The translations under genes and the position numbers were made by a program. The notes below the pieces were generated by a model. That model saw only the letters and a list, made by a program, of their open reading frames with translations. It was not told where the DNA came from and did no database searches. A stretch of 64,000 nucleotides of DNA, taken from Oscillospiraceae bacterium (GTDB lineage Bacteria; Bacillota; Clostridia; Oscillospirales; Ruminococcaceae). Below, one piece after another: positions 1 through 9,674 of this stretch; the stretch's first letter is position 1; each line of letters starts with the position of its first letter. The stretch is from positions 4,333 through 68,332 of the forward strand of contig JAQXGE010000082.1 in assembly GCA_029006135.1 (NCBI GenBank), written 5' to 3'.

Positions 1-31
1 GCTGATTCTGAATACCGACCGCACAAGCATC

Positions 32-59
32 ACGGGGCGGGCGAGAACGCCCGCCCCGT
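32..59 (+). terminator. GC-rich hairpin upstream of the ABC permease (attenuator or mRNA-stabilising stem after the presumed binding-protein gene)
   Basis: ACGGGGCGGGCG-AGAA-CGCCCGCCCCGT perfect 12-bp stem followed by TTGT. Confidence 0.55.
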
Positions 60-91
60 TTGTATTGGCTTTTTAAGAGGAGGGTATCATC

Positions 92-1015
92 ATGGCTGAA
101 TCCGTCACCACGGCGGCCCCGAAAGCCGGAAAGAGAAAAGGTCTGAAAAAGGGCACGCGGGACAATCTGATTGCCTACAGCTTCATTGCGCCCAACTTCA
201 TCGGTTTCTGCATCTTTACGCTGGTCCCCATGTTCTTCGCCATCTGCCTGGCGTTCTGCAGCTGGGACGGCGTGCATCCGGTGGAATTTATTGGCCTTGC
301 AAACTTTAAGGAACTCCTGACGGACAGAACCTTCAAGGCGGCGTTCGTCAATACCATCGTCTACACGCTCGGCACCGTACCGCTCACGCTGGTCTGCAGC
401 CTGGGTCTGGCCGTTCTGCTCAACCAGAACGTCAAGTGCCGCAATTTCTTCCGCACGGTTTCCTTCTTCCCGTATGTGGCTTCCCTCGTTGCGGTTGCCG
501 CTGTGTGGAACATGATTTTCTCCCCCTCGATGGGCCCCGTCAACCAGATTCTTGCCAGCCTCGGCGTCGAGAACCTGCCCCGCTGGGCCGCCGGCAAGGA
601 CACCGCCATGATTACCGTTATCATGTTCAGCGTCTGGAAGAACATGGGCTACTACATGGTCATCTACCTTGCAGGCCTTCAGGGCACCAACCTTGAGCTC
701 AACGAGGCCGCCGAGCTGGACGGCGCCAACAAATGGCAGATTTTCTGGCACGTCACGCTGCCTCAGCTGCGCCCCACGACCTTCTTTGTCATCATCATGC
801 TGACGATCAACTCCTTCAAGGTGTATGACCAGATGTACATGATTACCCAGGGCGGCCCGGGCAACGCAACCATGACGCTCGTGTACGACATTTACAACAT
901 CGCGTTCGTCAACACACCGCGCTACGGCTACGCAAGCGCCGTCTCGATGGTGCTGTTCGTGATGGTCCTCATCGTCACAATCATCCAGTTCCGCGGCTCT
1001 GCCGCCAACGATTAA
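92..1015 (+). CDS. Carbohydrate ABC transporter permease (MalF/UgpA family)
   Basis: Multiple TM segments; EAA motif (LNEAAELDGANKWQIF); GAGGAG RBS. Confidence 0.93.
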   Translation: MAESVTTAAPKAGKRKGLKKGTRDNLIAYSFIAPNFIGFCIFTLVPMFFAICLAFCSWDGVHPVEFIGLANFKELLTDRTFKAAFVNTIVYTLGTVPLTLVCSLGLAVLLNQNVKCRNFFRTVSFFPYVASLVAVAAVWNMIFSPSMGPVNQILASLGVENLPRWAAGKDTAMITVIMFSVWKNMGYYMVIYLAGLQGTNLELNEAAELDGANKWQIFWHVTLPQLRPTTFFVIIMLTINSFKVYDQMYMITQGGPGNATMTLVYDIYNIAFVNTPRYGYASAVSMVLFVMVLIVTIIQFRGSAAND

Positions 1016-1034
1016 GGGAAAGGAGGAACGTATT

Positions 1035-1895
1035 ATGGCACAGACACTGGCTGTTAAATCTCATTCCGCCAAGCGTCAGCATCAGATTACGATGTTTTTC
1101 ATCTACGCATTGCTGATTGTTGTTGCTTTGCTGATGCTCGTTCCTTTTGTGTGGATGCTTTCCGCCTCCCTCAAGATGAACAAGGACGTTTTCGCCTTCC
1201 CGATTGAGTGGATTCCTTCCAACCCCCGCTGGCGCAACTATCAGGATATCTGGACCAAGATTCCCCTTTTGACCTTCATCAAGAACACCGCCAAGCTGAC
1301 CATTATCGTCACGCTGCTCCAGCTGTTCACCTCGAGCTTTGCGGCCTATGCGTTCGCCAAGCTGAACTTCAAGGGAAAAAAGGTGCTGTTCCTTGGCTAC
1401 ATCGCCACCATCGCAGTGCCCTGGCAGGCCTACATGGTGCCTCAGTTCATGATGATGCGCTCCTGGGGGCTCAACAACACGCACCTGGCCATCATCTGCC
1501 TGCAGGCGTTCAGCGCGTTCGGTGTCTTTATGATGAAGCAGTTCTATGAGGGCGTGCCGAGCGAACTGTGTGAGGCGGCGCGAATTGATGGGCTTTCCGA
1601 GTACGGCATCTGGTTCCGCATCATGCTGCCGCTCTCCAAGCCCGCACTGTCCACGCTGACCATCTTCACCTTCGTCAACACCTGGAACGACTTCCTTGGA
1701 CCCCTGATCTACCTCACCAAGACCGAACTCAAGACCATCCAGATTGGCCTGCGTATGTTCATCAGCCAGTATTCCGCCGAGTACGGCCTGATTATGGCGG
1801 CCTCGGTCGTGGCACTGATTCCGGTGCTCATCGTGTTCCTGGCACTGCAGAAATATTTTGTGCAGGGCGTTGCATCCGCCGGCCTCAAGGGGTAA
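1035..1895 (+). CDS. Carbohydrate ABC transporter permease (MalG/UgpE family)
   Basis: EAA motif (LCEAARIDGLSEYGIW); C-terminal QKYFVQGVASAGLKG; AGGAGG RBS. Confidence 0.93.
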   Translation: MAQTLAVKSHSAKRQHQITMFFIYALLIVVALLMLVPFVWMLSASLKMNKDVFAFPIEWIPSNPRWRNYQDIWTKIPLLTFIKNTAKLTIIVTLLQLFTSSFAAYAFAKLNFKGKKVLFLGYIATIAVPWQAYMVPQFMMMRSWGLNNTHLAIICLQAFSAFGVFMMKQFYEGVPSELCEAARIDGLSEYGIWFRIMLPLSKPALSTLTIFTFVNTWNDFLGPLIYLTKTELKTIQIGLRMFISQYSAEYGLIMAASVVALIPVLIVFLALQKYFVQGVASAGLKG

Positions 1896-1945
1896 AATAC
1901 CCTTGAGAGGAACCCTCCTCAAAACCCCCAATTGAAATGTACTCC

Positions 1946-1990
1946 AGGCGGGGCACAAGGCATCCAAGCCCTGTGCTCCGCCGTTTGTTT
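1946..1990 (+). terminator. Terminator-like hairpin between the permeases and GH88
   Basis: GGCGGGGCACA...TGTGCTCCGCC stem followed by GTTTGTTT. Confidence 0.45.
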
Positions 1991-2010
1991 TGCGGAAAAG
2001 GAAGATGACT

Positions 2011-3174
2011 ATGAACTTTACCTCCTCCCTCCCTATACTGACCGATTCCGAGGCCGCCGCGGCGCTTGACCGTGCTGTGGAACAGGTCCGCATGAACCTG
2101 CCGCTTTATACCGACCACTGCCAGAACCATTCGAGCGTTGACGGTATTTACCCGGCCTGTGAGAACAACCAGTGGACCTGCGGGTTCTGGCCCGGGGAAA
2201 TCTGGCTGTCCTTTGAACGCACCGGGGATGAAGCCTTCCGTGCCGCCGCCGAGGTGCTGGTGCAGAGCTTTGCCGACCGTATTGACCGCAAGATTGAGGT
2301 GGACCATCACGATATGGGCTTCCTCTATACGCCCTCCTGCGTGGCGGCGTACAAGCTGACCGGCAGCCTCACTGCGCGCGATGCTGCCATCAAGGCCGCC
2401 GACCAGCTGATCAGCCGTTTCCAGCCAAAAGGCCAGTTCATTCAGGCGTGGGGCGAGATGGGCGCGCCGGAAAACTACCGCTACATCATTGACTGCCTGC
2501 TCAATCTGCCGCTGCTCTACTGGGCAAGCGAGGTGACGGGCGATGAGAAATATGCCGACATTGCCCACCGCCATATCACAACCTGCCTGTCGAACTCTTT
2601 CCGGCCGGACGGCTCGACCTACCACACCTTCTTTATGAACCCCGACGGTACGCCGAGCCACGGCGCGACCTGCCAGGGGTATAAAGATGACAGTTTCTGG
2701 GCACGCGGTCAGGCGTGGGGTGTCTACGGCAGCATCCTGAGCTACCGCTACACCCGCAACCCCGAATATCTTGACACGTTCCGCCGTGCGCTGGACTTTT
2801 ACCTCACCCGCCTGCCGGAGGACCTTGTGCCCTACTGGGATATGATTTTTACCACCGGCACTGAGGAACCGCGGGATTCCTCCTCGGCGGCCATCGTGGC
2901 CTGCGGCCTGCTTGAAGCGGCCAAATACCTGGACGGCGAGGAAGCACAGCGCTGCCGCACCCTTGCGCGGCAGATGATGGGCAGCCTTGTCAATCACTAC
3001 GCCGTGACGGAGCGCCGCCCCGGTGCAGGGCAGATTGCCCACGGTACTTACAGCAAAAAAAGCCCCTACAATACCTGTACCCCCGAGGGCGTGGATGAAT
3101 GTACAAGCTGGGGCGATTACTTCTACATGGAGGCACTGACACGCCTCACAAAAGATTGGGAACTTTATTGGTAA
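2011..3174 (+). CDS. Unsaturated glucuronyl hydrolase, glycoside hydrolase family 88
   Basis: Motifs WTCGFWPG, HHDMGFLY, IIDCLLNL, WARGQAW, RDSSSAAI, WGDYFYMEAL; ATG 2011 after AAGGAAG. Confidence 0.9.
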   Translation: MNFTSSLPILTDSEAAAALDRAVEQVRMNLPLYTDHCQNHSSVDGIYPACENNQWTCGFWPGEIWLSFERTGDEAFRAAAEVLVQSFADRIDRKIEVDHHDMGFLYTPSCVAAYKLTGSLTARDAAIKAADQLISRFQPKGQFIQAWGEMGAPENYRYIIDCLLNLPLLYWASEVTGDEKYADIAHRHITTCLSNSFRPDGSTYHTFFMNPDGTPSHGATCQGYKDDSFWARGQAWGVYGSILSYRYTRNPEYLDTFRRALDFYLTRLPEDLVPYWDMIFTTGTEEPRDSSSAAIVACGLLEAAKYLDGEEAQRCRTLARQMMGSLVNHYAVTERRPGAGQIAHGTYSKKSPYNTCTPEGVDECTSWGDYFYMEALTRLTKDWELYW

Positions 3175-3197
3175 AAAATACGAAAGGAAGCGGCTGT

Positions 3198-5021
3198 ATG
3201 CTTTATCCTCAGAAAAATGATGCGCGATTCTGCGTGGAACTGGACGGACTTTGGGATTTCTGTCTCTCTCATGACCTTTCCGGTGCGGACATTGACCCTG
3301 CCGCGCCGCTGCCTTCCCCCCGCCTGATGGCTGTGCCCGGCAGCTACAACGACCAGGGCGAGGACAAGGAACTGCGGGACCACTACGGCTGGGCGTACTA
3401 CCAGCGCCGCATTGAGGTGCCCCGGATGTTTGACGCCTGCCGTCTGGTGCTTCGCTTCGGCGCGGTGACCCACAAGGCAAAAGTCTGGCTGAACGGGGAA
3501 CTGATTGCCGAACACAAGGGCGGGTTCCTGCCCTTTGAGGCGGATGTGACGGGCAAACTCCGTCCCGGAACCGCCGCCCTGCTCACGGTCGCCTGTGACA
3601 ACCGGGTGGACCATTCCACACTGCCGGTCGGCAACGAACCGGGTCAGATTGCCTTCTTCGGCAGCGACAATGCGGGCATCCCCAGTGTTGAACACGCCAA
3701 GGCGTCCGCCGCCCCGCAGAACCGCCCCAACTTTGATTTCTTCAACTATGCGGGCATCCACCGCCCCGTCTGGCTCTGCGCATTGCCGCAGAACTTCATC
3801 CGGGACATTGCCCTTGTGCCGCACAATGACGGCACGGTGGACTACCGGGTTCTGACGGAAGGTGATGGCGCCGTCGCGGTGCAGATTCTTGACCCCGACG
3901 GCCGCGTGGCCGCGCAGGGGGAAGGCACACAAGGTTCCCTCAAAGTTGAGGCGCCCCGCCTTTGGGAGCCGTGGCCCGGCAAACCGTGGCTCTACACCGC
4001 ACGCGTGCGGTTCGGTGAGGACCGCTATGACCAGACGTTCGGCTTCCGGGAGGTTCGGGTGGACGGCGTGCGCCTGCTTCTCAACGGCAAGCCGCTCTAT
4101 CTCAAGGGCTTCGGCAAGCACGAGGATTCCGCGTTCCACGGCCGCGGGCTGGACAGCTGCCTGAACGTCAAGGATGCCGGGCTGATCCACTGGATCGGCG
4201 CAAACGCCGTGCGCACGAGCCATTATCCGTACAGTGAGGAATTTTATGACCTGTGCGACCGGGAGGGCATCCTCGTCATTGACGAGACCCCCGCCGTGGG
4301 CATCGGCGCGGGCGCGGAGCAGGACCCCTACAAGACCTTCCCGATTGGGGAGCATCACCGTGAGGTCCTGACCGATATGATTGACCGCGATAAAAACCAC
4401 CCCTGCGTCATCATGTGGAGCCTTGGCAACGAGCCGGATTTGGAGCATTTCCCGCAGAGCGCCTATGACTACTGGCACCCGCTCTATGAACTGGCGCACG
4501 AACTGGACCCGCAGGACCGCCCTGTGACGCTGGTCTGCTGTCAGAACGATTACACCAAAGATATCACGACCCGCACGATGGATGTGGTCAGCCTCAACCG
4601 CTATTACGGCTGGTACAATCTCTCCGGTGACTTGGACGCAGCCTGCATGGCGTGGAACGAGGAACTGGATTTCTGGGCGCAGCAGGGCAAGCCCGTTCTC
4701 TTTACCGAGTACGGCGCTGACACGGTGGAAGGCCTGCATGACACCCGCGCCGGAATGTTCAGCGAGGAATACCAGGCGGAGTATTTTGAGCGGCTGAACG
4801 CCGTGATTGACCGCCGTCCCTTCTTTATCGGGGAACTGGTCTGGAACTTTGCAGACTTTGCGACCATTCAGGGTCCCATGCGTGTGGGCGGCAACCGCAA
4901 GGGCATCTTCACACGGGACCGCCGGCCCAAACTGGCGGCCCACGTTCTGCGCCGGCGCTGGACGGCCATCCCCAATGTGGATTACAAGGACGGAACGGAT
5001 AAACAGGAGACCGGGAAATGA
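3198..5021 (+). CDS. uidA: Beta-glucuronidase, GH2
   Basis: NFDFFNYAGIHR, GFGKHED, RTSHYPY, catalytic GNEP and TEYG, NRYYGWY, NxK motif GNRKG; start after GAAAGGAAG. Confidence 0.9.
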   Translation: MLYPQKNDARFCVELDGLWDFCLSHDLSGADIDPAAPLPSPRLMAVPGSYNDQGEDKELRDHYGWAYYQRRIEVPRMFDACRLVLRFGAVTHKAKVWLNGELIAEHKGGFLPFEADVTGKLRPGTAALLTVACDNRVDHSTLPVGNEPGQIAFFGSDNAGIPSVEHAKASAAPQNRPNFDFFNYAGIHRPVWLCALPQNFIRDIALVPHNDGTVDYRVLTEGDGAVAVQILDPDGRVAAQGEGTQGSLKVEAPRLWEPWPGKPWLYTARVRFGEDRYDQTFGFREVRVDGVRLLLNGKPLYLKGFGKHEDSAFHGRGLDSCLNVKDAGLIHWIGANAVRTSHYPYSEEFYDLCDREGILVIDETPAVGIGAGAEQDPYKTFPIGEHHREVLTDMIDRDKNHPCVIMWSLGNEPDLEHFPQSAYDYWHPLYELAHELDPQDRPVTLVCCQNDYTKDITTRTMDVVSLNRYYGWYNLSGDLDAACMAWNEELDFWAQQGKPVLFTEYGADTVEGLHDTRAGMFSEEYQAEYFERLNAVIDRRPFFIGELVWNFADFATIQGPMRVGGNRKGIFTRDRRPKLAAHVLRRRWTAIPNVDYKDGTDKQETGK

Positions 5022-6724
5022 AACTTCAAAACCGTGCGGACTTTGAAGCGCTGATGCTGCGCATCCTCGACCCGCTCAAGCCGCTCTATTCGCCCGGCGG
5101 CGCACTGCTTCCCCTCGGTCAGACCGGAACGACCTACCCGCGCCGCACGATTGAGATGGAAGGGTTCTCCCGCCCGCTCTGGGCGCTTGCCCCTTACTGG
5201 ATGGGCGGCGGCAGGGCTGAGGACTTTGCGCAGATTTACCGCCGCGGCCTTGCCGCCGGCACCAACCCCGAAAATGCCGAATACTGGGGTGACCCGCAGG
5301 ACTGCGATCAGCTTTTTGTCGAGATGGCGGCCATTGCGGCGGCCATTCTGGAAGTGCCCGGCACAATCTGGGACCCCTTGTCCGACAGTGAAAAACAGAA
5401 TCTTTCCCGCTGGCTGGATACCATCAACCACCATTCGCTGCCCCACTGCAACTGGCTGTTCTTCCGCATCCTTGTCAATCTGGCGCTGGACTCGGTCGGG
5501 ATGCCCTGCGACCTTGCGCTGATGGAACAGGACCTTGACGAGGTGGATTCCTGGTATGTCGGCAGCGGCTGGTATACCGATGGCACGCCGAATATTAAGC
5601 CGCAGCGCGACTATTATATTCCCTGGGCCATCCAGTATTACGGTGTACTGTACAGCGTGTTTGCCGCCGAGCGCGACCCCGAGCGCGCAGAGGTGTTCCG
5701 GGAGCGCGCCATGGCGTTCGGCAAGGAGTTTGCTTTCTGGTTTGACGAGAACGGCGCGGCGCTGCCCTACGGGCGCAGTCTCGGCTACCGGTTCGGTCAG
5801 TGCGCGTTTTATTCCGCCTGCGTGTTCGCCGGGCTGGAACCGCTGCCGCTGCCCGTTATGAAGGGCATTATTGTGCGCAACCTGCAATGGTGGTGCGAAA
5901 AGCCCATCTTTGACCGCGATGGTGTGCTGACCATCGGCTATACCTATCCGCAGCTCTATATGAGTGAGCAGTACAATTCCCCGGGCAGTCCCTACTGGGG
6001 CATGAAAACCTTCCTCGTCATAGCCCTGCCCGAAACGCATCCCTTCTGGTCGGCGCCCGCCGCGCCGCTGCCCGCCATGCCTGCTGTCTATGCGATGAAA
6101 AACGCCGATTTGCTGATGCAGCGCCTGCCGGACGGTCAGGTGAACGCCTACGCCCCGGCGGAGGTCGAAAAGAACGAGCACGGCCAGTTTGCCGAAAAGT
6201 ACGCAAAGTTTGTCTACAATACGCGGTTCGGATTTTCCGCAAGCCGCAGCTATGCCGCACTCGAACAGGCCGCGCCGGACAGTATGCTGGCCTTTGTGCT
6301 GGGCGGGCAGGTTTTTGTGCGCCGCCGCAGCGAGAGTTTTACCCTGCTTGAGGACCGGCTCATCAGCCGATGGTCGCCCTTTATGGGCATCACGGTCGTG
6401 ACCGAACTGATTCCCACAGCAAAGGGGCATCTTCGCCGCCACCGGGTTGAGAGCGCCTATGACTGCGCGGCCTGGGACTGCGGTTTTGCGGTGCCTAAGT
6501 TCCGGGAAGGCTTTGCCGTAAAGACCGAGGGCGGCCGCGCCGAGGCCCGCAACGCCGCACAGTGCTGTACCGTTACGGGAAAAAGCGGGGAGGGCGTCAT
6601 CATCGGCGCATGGCCGAACACCAGCCTGTATGACCCCAACACCGTCATCCCGGCGGTCAAATATGCCATCCCGGCCGGCGTCACCGAACTGGAAACTTTG
6701 GTGGAGAGCGAAGCGGATGAATAA
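5018..6724 (+). CDS. DUF2264-domain protein (GH154-like putative beta-glucuronidase)
   Basis: MEGFSRPLW, DQLFVEMA, NWLFF, YGRSLGYRF, EQYNSPGSPYW motifs typical of DUF2264; ATGA overlap with uidA. Confidence 0.8.
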   Translation: MKLQNRADFEALMLRILDPLKPLYSPGGALLPLGQTGTTYPRRTIEMEGFSRPLWALAPYWMGGGRAEDFAQIYRRGLAAGTNPENAEYWGDPQDCDQLFVEMAAIAAAILEVPGTIWDPLSDSEKQNLSRWLDTINHHSLPHCNWLFFRILVNLALDSVGMPCDLALMEQDLDEVDSWYVGSGWYTDGTPNIKPQRDYYIPWAIQYYGVLYSVFAAERDPERAEVFRERAMAFGKEFAFWFDENGAALPYGRSLGYRFGQCAFYSACVFAGLEPLPLPVMKGIIVRNLQWWCEKPIFDRDGVLTIGYTYPQLYMSEQYNSPGSPYWGMKTFLVIALPETHPFWSAPAAPLPAMPAVYAMKNADLLMQRLPDGQVNAYAPAEVEKNEHGQFAEKYAKFVYNTRFGFSASRSYAALEQAAPDSMLAFVLGGQVFVRRRSESFTLLEDRLISRWSPFMGITVVTELIPTAKGHLRRHRVESAYDCAAWDCGFAVPKFREGFAVKTEGGRAEARNAAQCCTVTGKSGEGVIIGAWPNTSLYDPNTVIPAVKYAIPAGVTELETLVESEADE

Positions 6725-6743
6725 ACCCGCTCAAAACCGTTCA

Positions 6744-6779
6744 GGCAGACCGGGCAAAGTTCCCGGTCTGCCGATTTTT
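6744..6779 (+). terminator. Intrinsic terminator-like hairpin
   Basis: GGCAGACCGGG-CAAAGTT-CCCGGTCTGCC then GATTTTT. Confidence 0.55.
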
Positions 6780-6810
6780 ACGAAGAATCAAACAAAAGGA
6801 GAGAAGTTCC

Positions 6811-9597
6811 ATGCTTCAGCCCAGTCTTTCCTGGCTGACCGACCCGACCGTGTTTGCTGTCGGGCGGCTCGATGCCCATTCGGACCACGTCTGTTATTCA
6901 AGCGCCGCCGAGGCCGCCGCAGGCAAAACCAGCCTGCGCCAGAGCCTTGATGGGGAGTGGCGGTTTGCCTGGAGCCCTTGCCCAGGCTGCCGCCCCGCCG
7001 AATTCTGGCGCGAGGATGCCGACCTGACCGGCTTTGGCACCATCCGGGTGCCGGGCCATATCGAGATGCAGGGCTGCGGCGATATTCAGTACACGAACAC
7101 CCTCTACCCCTGGGACGGCCGCGCGGAACTGCGCCCGCCGCAGGTGGATTGGGACGATGACCCCGTGGGCAGCTATGTCTGTGAGTTTGACCTTAACGAA
7201 GCGCTCCGCGGCAAGCGGGTCTGCGTGAGCTTTGAAGGCGTGGAGCAGGCGTTCTATCTGTGGTGCAACGGCAGTTTTGTCGGCTATGCGGAGGACAGTT
7301 TTACCCCCTCGGACTTTGATTTGACCCCGTTTTTGCGGGATACCGGCAACCGCCTGTGCGTGGAAGTCTACAAGCGCAGTTCGGCCGCCTGGATTGAGGA
7401 CCAGGATTTTTTCCGGTTCTCCGGCATTTTCCGCTCGGTGTTCCTCTACGCCAAACCGGCGGTGCATCTTGAGGACCTCTGGCTCCGCGCCGGGCTGCTC
7501 CCGGACAACTCGACCGGAACACTCGCCCCGCGCCTGCGCCTGAGCGGTGAGACGGACGGCGCCGCGGTGCGCTGCACCGTCACCGACCGCCTTGGCAATA
7601 CACTATATGAGGGACCCGTGCAGGAGGGGACGACCATCACACTGCCGGGCATCCGCCCCTGGAGCCACAAGGACCCGGTGCTCTACCGCGTGACCTTCAC
7701 CCTCACCGATGCCGCCGGCACCGTGCAGGAGGTTGTCCCTTATGAGACGGGCTTCCGCCGGTTTGAACTCCTTGACGGCGTGATGTGCCTCAACGGCGAG
7801 CGGGTGGTGTTCTGCGGCGTCAACCGTCATGAGTGGAATGCGGGGGCGGGCCGCGCCGTGACCGAACAGGATATGCGCGATGCAATGACGGTTTTCCGCA
7901 AAAACAACATCAACGCGGTACGCACCTGCCATTACCCTGACCAGACGCTGTGGTATCATCTGTGCGATGAAAACGGTATCTACATGATTGACGAGGCAAA
8001 CCTCGAGAGCCACGGTTCCTGGCAGAAACTCGGCGCCGTGGAACCGTCCTGGAATGTGCCGGGCAGTCTGCCCGAATGGAAGGACTGCGTGGTGGACCGC
8101 GCGCGCTCGATGTTTGAGCGCGATAAAAACCACACGGCTGTTTTGTTCTGGTCCTGCGGCAACGAGAGTTACGCGGGGGAGGACATCCTTGCCATGAGCC
8201 GGTTCTTCCACGAACAGGACCCCAGCCGTCTGGTGCACTATGAGGGCGCAGTCCACAACCGGCAGTTTGATGCCATCAGCGATGTCGAGAGCCGGATGTA
8301 CGCAAAACCCGAGGAAATCCGGGCGTACCTTGAAAGCAAACCCGCTAAACCCTTCCTGCTCTGTGAGTATATGCACGATATGGGCAATTCGCTCGGCGGT
8401 ATGGAAAGCTATATCCGCCTGACCGAGGAATATCCGCAGGCGCAGGGCGGGTTTATCTGGGACTATATGGATCAGGCGCTCTGGCGCACCGATGCCTGCG
8501 GCCGGCGTGTGCTGGGTTACGGCGGGGACTTCGGCGACCGCACGACCGACTACAATTTCAGCGGCAACGGCATTGTCTATGCGGACGGAACCGAGAAACC
8601 CGCCATGCAGGAGGTTCGCTACTGGTATTCCGATGCCGCGGCCCGAGCGGCACAGGACGAACACAACCGCCGCGCCGCCGCACAGCAGGACGAAAAACTG
8701 GCCCGCGAATGGGCACAGCGCCCTGAAAGCCCTCTCACCGTCACAAAAGGGGACGGCAATCTGGGGGTGCGGGGCAGCGGGTTCAGCGTTCTGTTCTCGG
8801 TCAGCGAGGGCGGACCGATTTCGCTGCGCGTGAACGGTGCCGAATGGCTGCGCCGCGCGCCGCGCCCTGCGTTCTGGCGCGCTTCGACCGACAATGACCG
8901 CGGCTGCGGCTTCCCGCTGCGCAGTGCCGCCTGGCTTGCGGCGGATGCCTTCCCGCGGTATCTCGGCATGGAAGTGCTGCGCGCCGCGCCGGACGGCGTG
9001 AGCGTGCAATACCGCTTTGGGGCCGATGCGGTCCCGGGCATCACGGCGGAACTGACCTACACGGTGGAGCCGCGCGGTGCACTGCTTGTGGAAGCGGTTT
9101 ACCACGGCGCGCCCGGTGCGCCGGAACTGCCAGTGTTCGGCGTCAAGTTCACAACACCTGCGCCGGTCAGCCGGGTGCGCTGGACGGGACTTTCGGGCGA
9201 GACTTACCCTGACCGGTACAAGGGCGGCGTTTTTGGCTGTCATACTGAGGTCCCCCATGTGGAGCCGCACCTCGTCCCGCAGACCTGCGGCCTGCACTGG
9301 CAGACCCGCCGCGCGGTGCTGGAACGCCGCGATACGGCGGAAAAGCTGACGGCATCCCTCGAACTCACGGCGGCAAACGAGCCGTTCGCCTTCAGTGCTC
9401 TGCCCAACACCGAGCAGGAACTGGAAGCCGCCCTGCATCTTGAGGAACTGCCCCGCAACGGCTATACCGCCGTGACGGTGCTCGGCGCCTCGCGCGGCGT
9501 CGGCGGAATCGACAGCTGGGGCACCGATGTGGAACCCGCTTACCGCCTTGACGGCGCATCCGACTACCGCGCCGCCTTCCGCATCATGCTGCGGTAA
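6811..9597 (+). CDS. lacZ: Beta-galactosidase, GH2 (LacZ-type)
   Basis: EDQDFFRFSGIFR, GVNRHE, RTCHYP, WSCGNE, CEYMHDMGNS, GGFIWDY, C-terminal GVGGIDSWG. Confidence 0.9.
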   Translation: MLQPSLSWLTDPTVFAVGRLDAHSDHVCYSSAAEAAAGKTSLRQSLDGEWRFAWSPCPGCRPAEFWREDADLTGFGTIRVPGHIEMQGCGDIQYTNTLYPWDGRAELRPPQVDWDDDPVGSYVCEFDLNEALRGKRVCVSFEGVEQAFYLWCNGSFVGYAEDSFTPSDFDLTPFLRDTGNRLCVEVYKRSSAAWIEDQDFFRFSGIFRSVFLYAKPAVHLEDLWLRAGLLPDNSTGTLAPRLRLSGETDGAAVRCTVTDRLGNTLYEGPVQEGTTITLPGIRPWSHKDPVLYRVTFTLTDAAGTVQEVVPYETGFRRFELLDGVMCLNGERVVFCGVNRHEWNAGAGRAVTEQDMRDAMTVFRKNNINAVRTCHYPDQTLWYHLCDENGIYMIDEANLESHGSWQKLGAVEPSWNVPGSLPEWKDCVVDRARSMFERDKNHTAVLFWSCGNESYAGEDILAMSRFFHEQDPSRLVHYEGAVHNRQFDAISDVESRMYAKPEEIRAYLESKPAKPFLLCEYMHDMGNSLGGMESYIRLTEEYPQAQGGFIWDYMDQALWRTDACGRRVLGYGGDFGDRTTDYNFSGNGIVYADGTEKPAMQEVRYWYSDAAARAAQDEHNRRAAAQQDEKLAREWAQRPESPLTVTKGDGNLGVRGSGFSVLFSVSEGGPISLRVNGAEWLRRAPRPAFWRASTDNDRGCGFPLRSAAWLAADAFPRYLGMEVLRAAPDGVSVQYRFGADAVPGITAELTYTVEPRGALLVEAVYHGAPGAPELPVFGVKFTTPAPVSRVRWTGLSGETYPDRYKGGVFGCHTEVPHVEPHLVPQTCGLHWQTRRAVLERRDTAEKLTASLELTAANEPFAFSALPNTEQELEAALHLEELPRNGYTAVTVLGASRGVGGIDSWGTDVEPAYRLDGASDYRAAFRIMLR

Positions 9598-9674
9598 ATA
9601 TAACGCTGTAACTGTAAAAATTGCCCCAGGCTCCTCCCATTTAAGGAAAAGCCGGGGGCATTTTGTATACAGCG

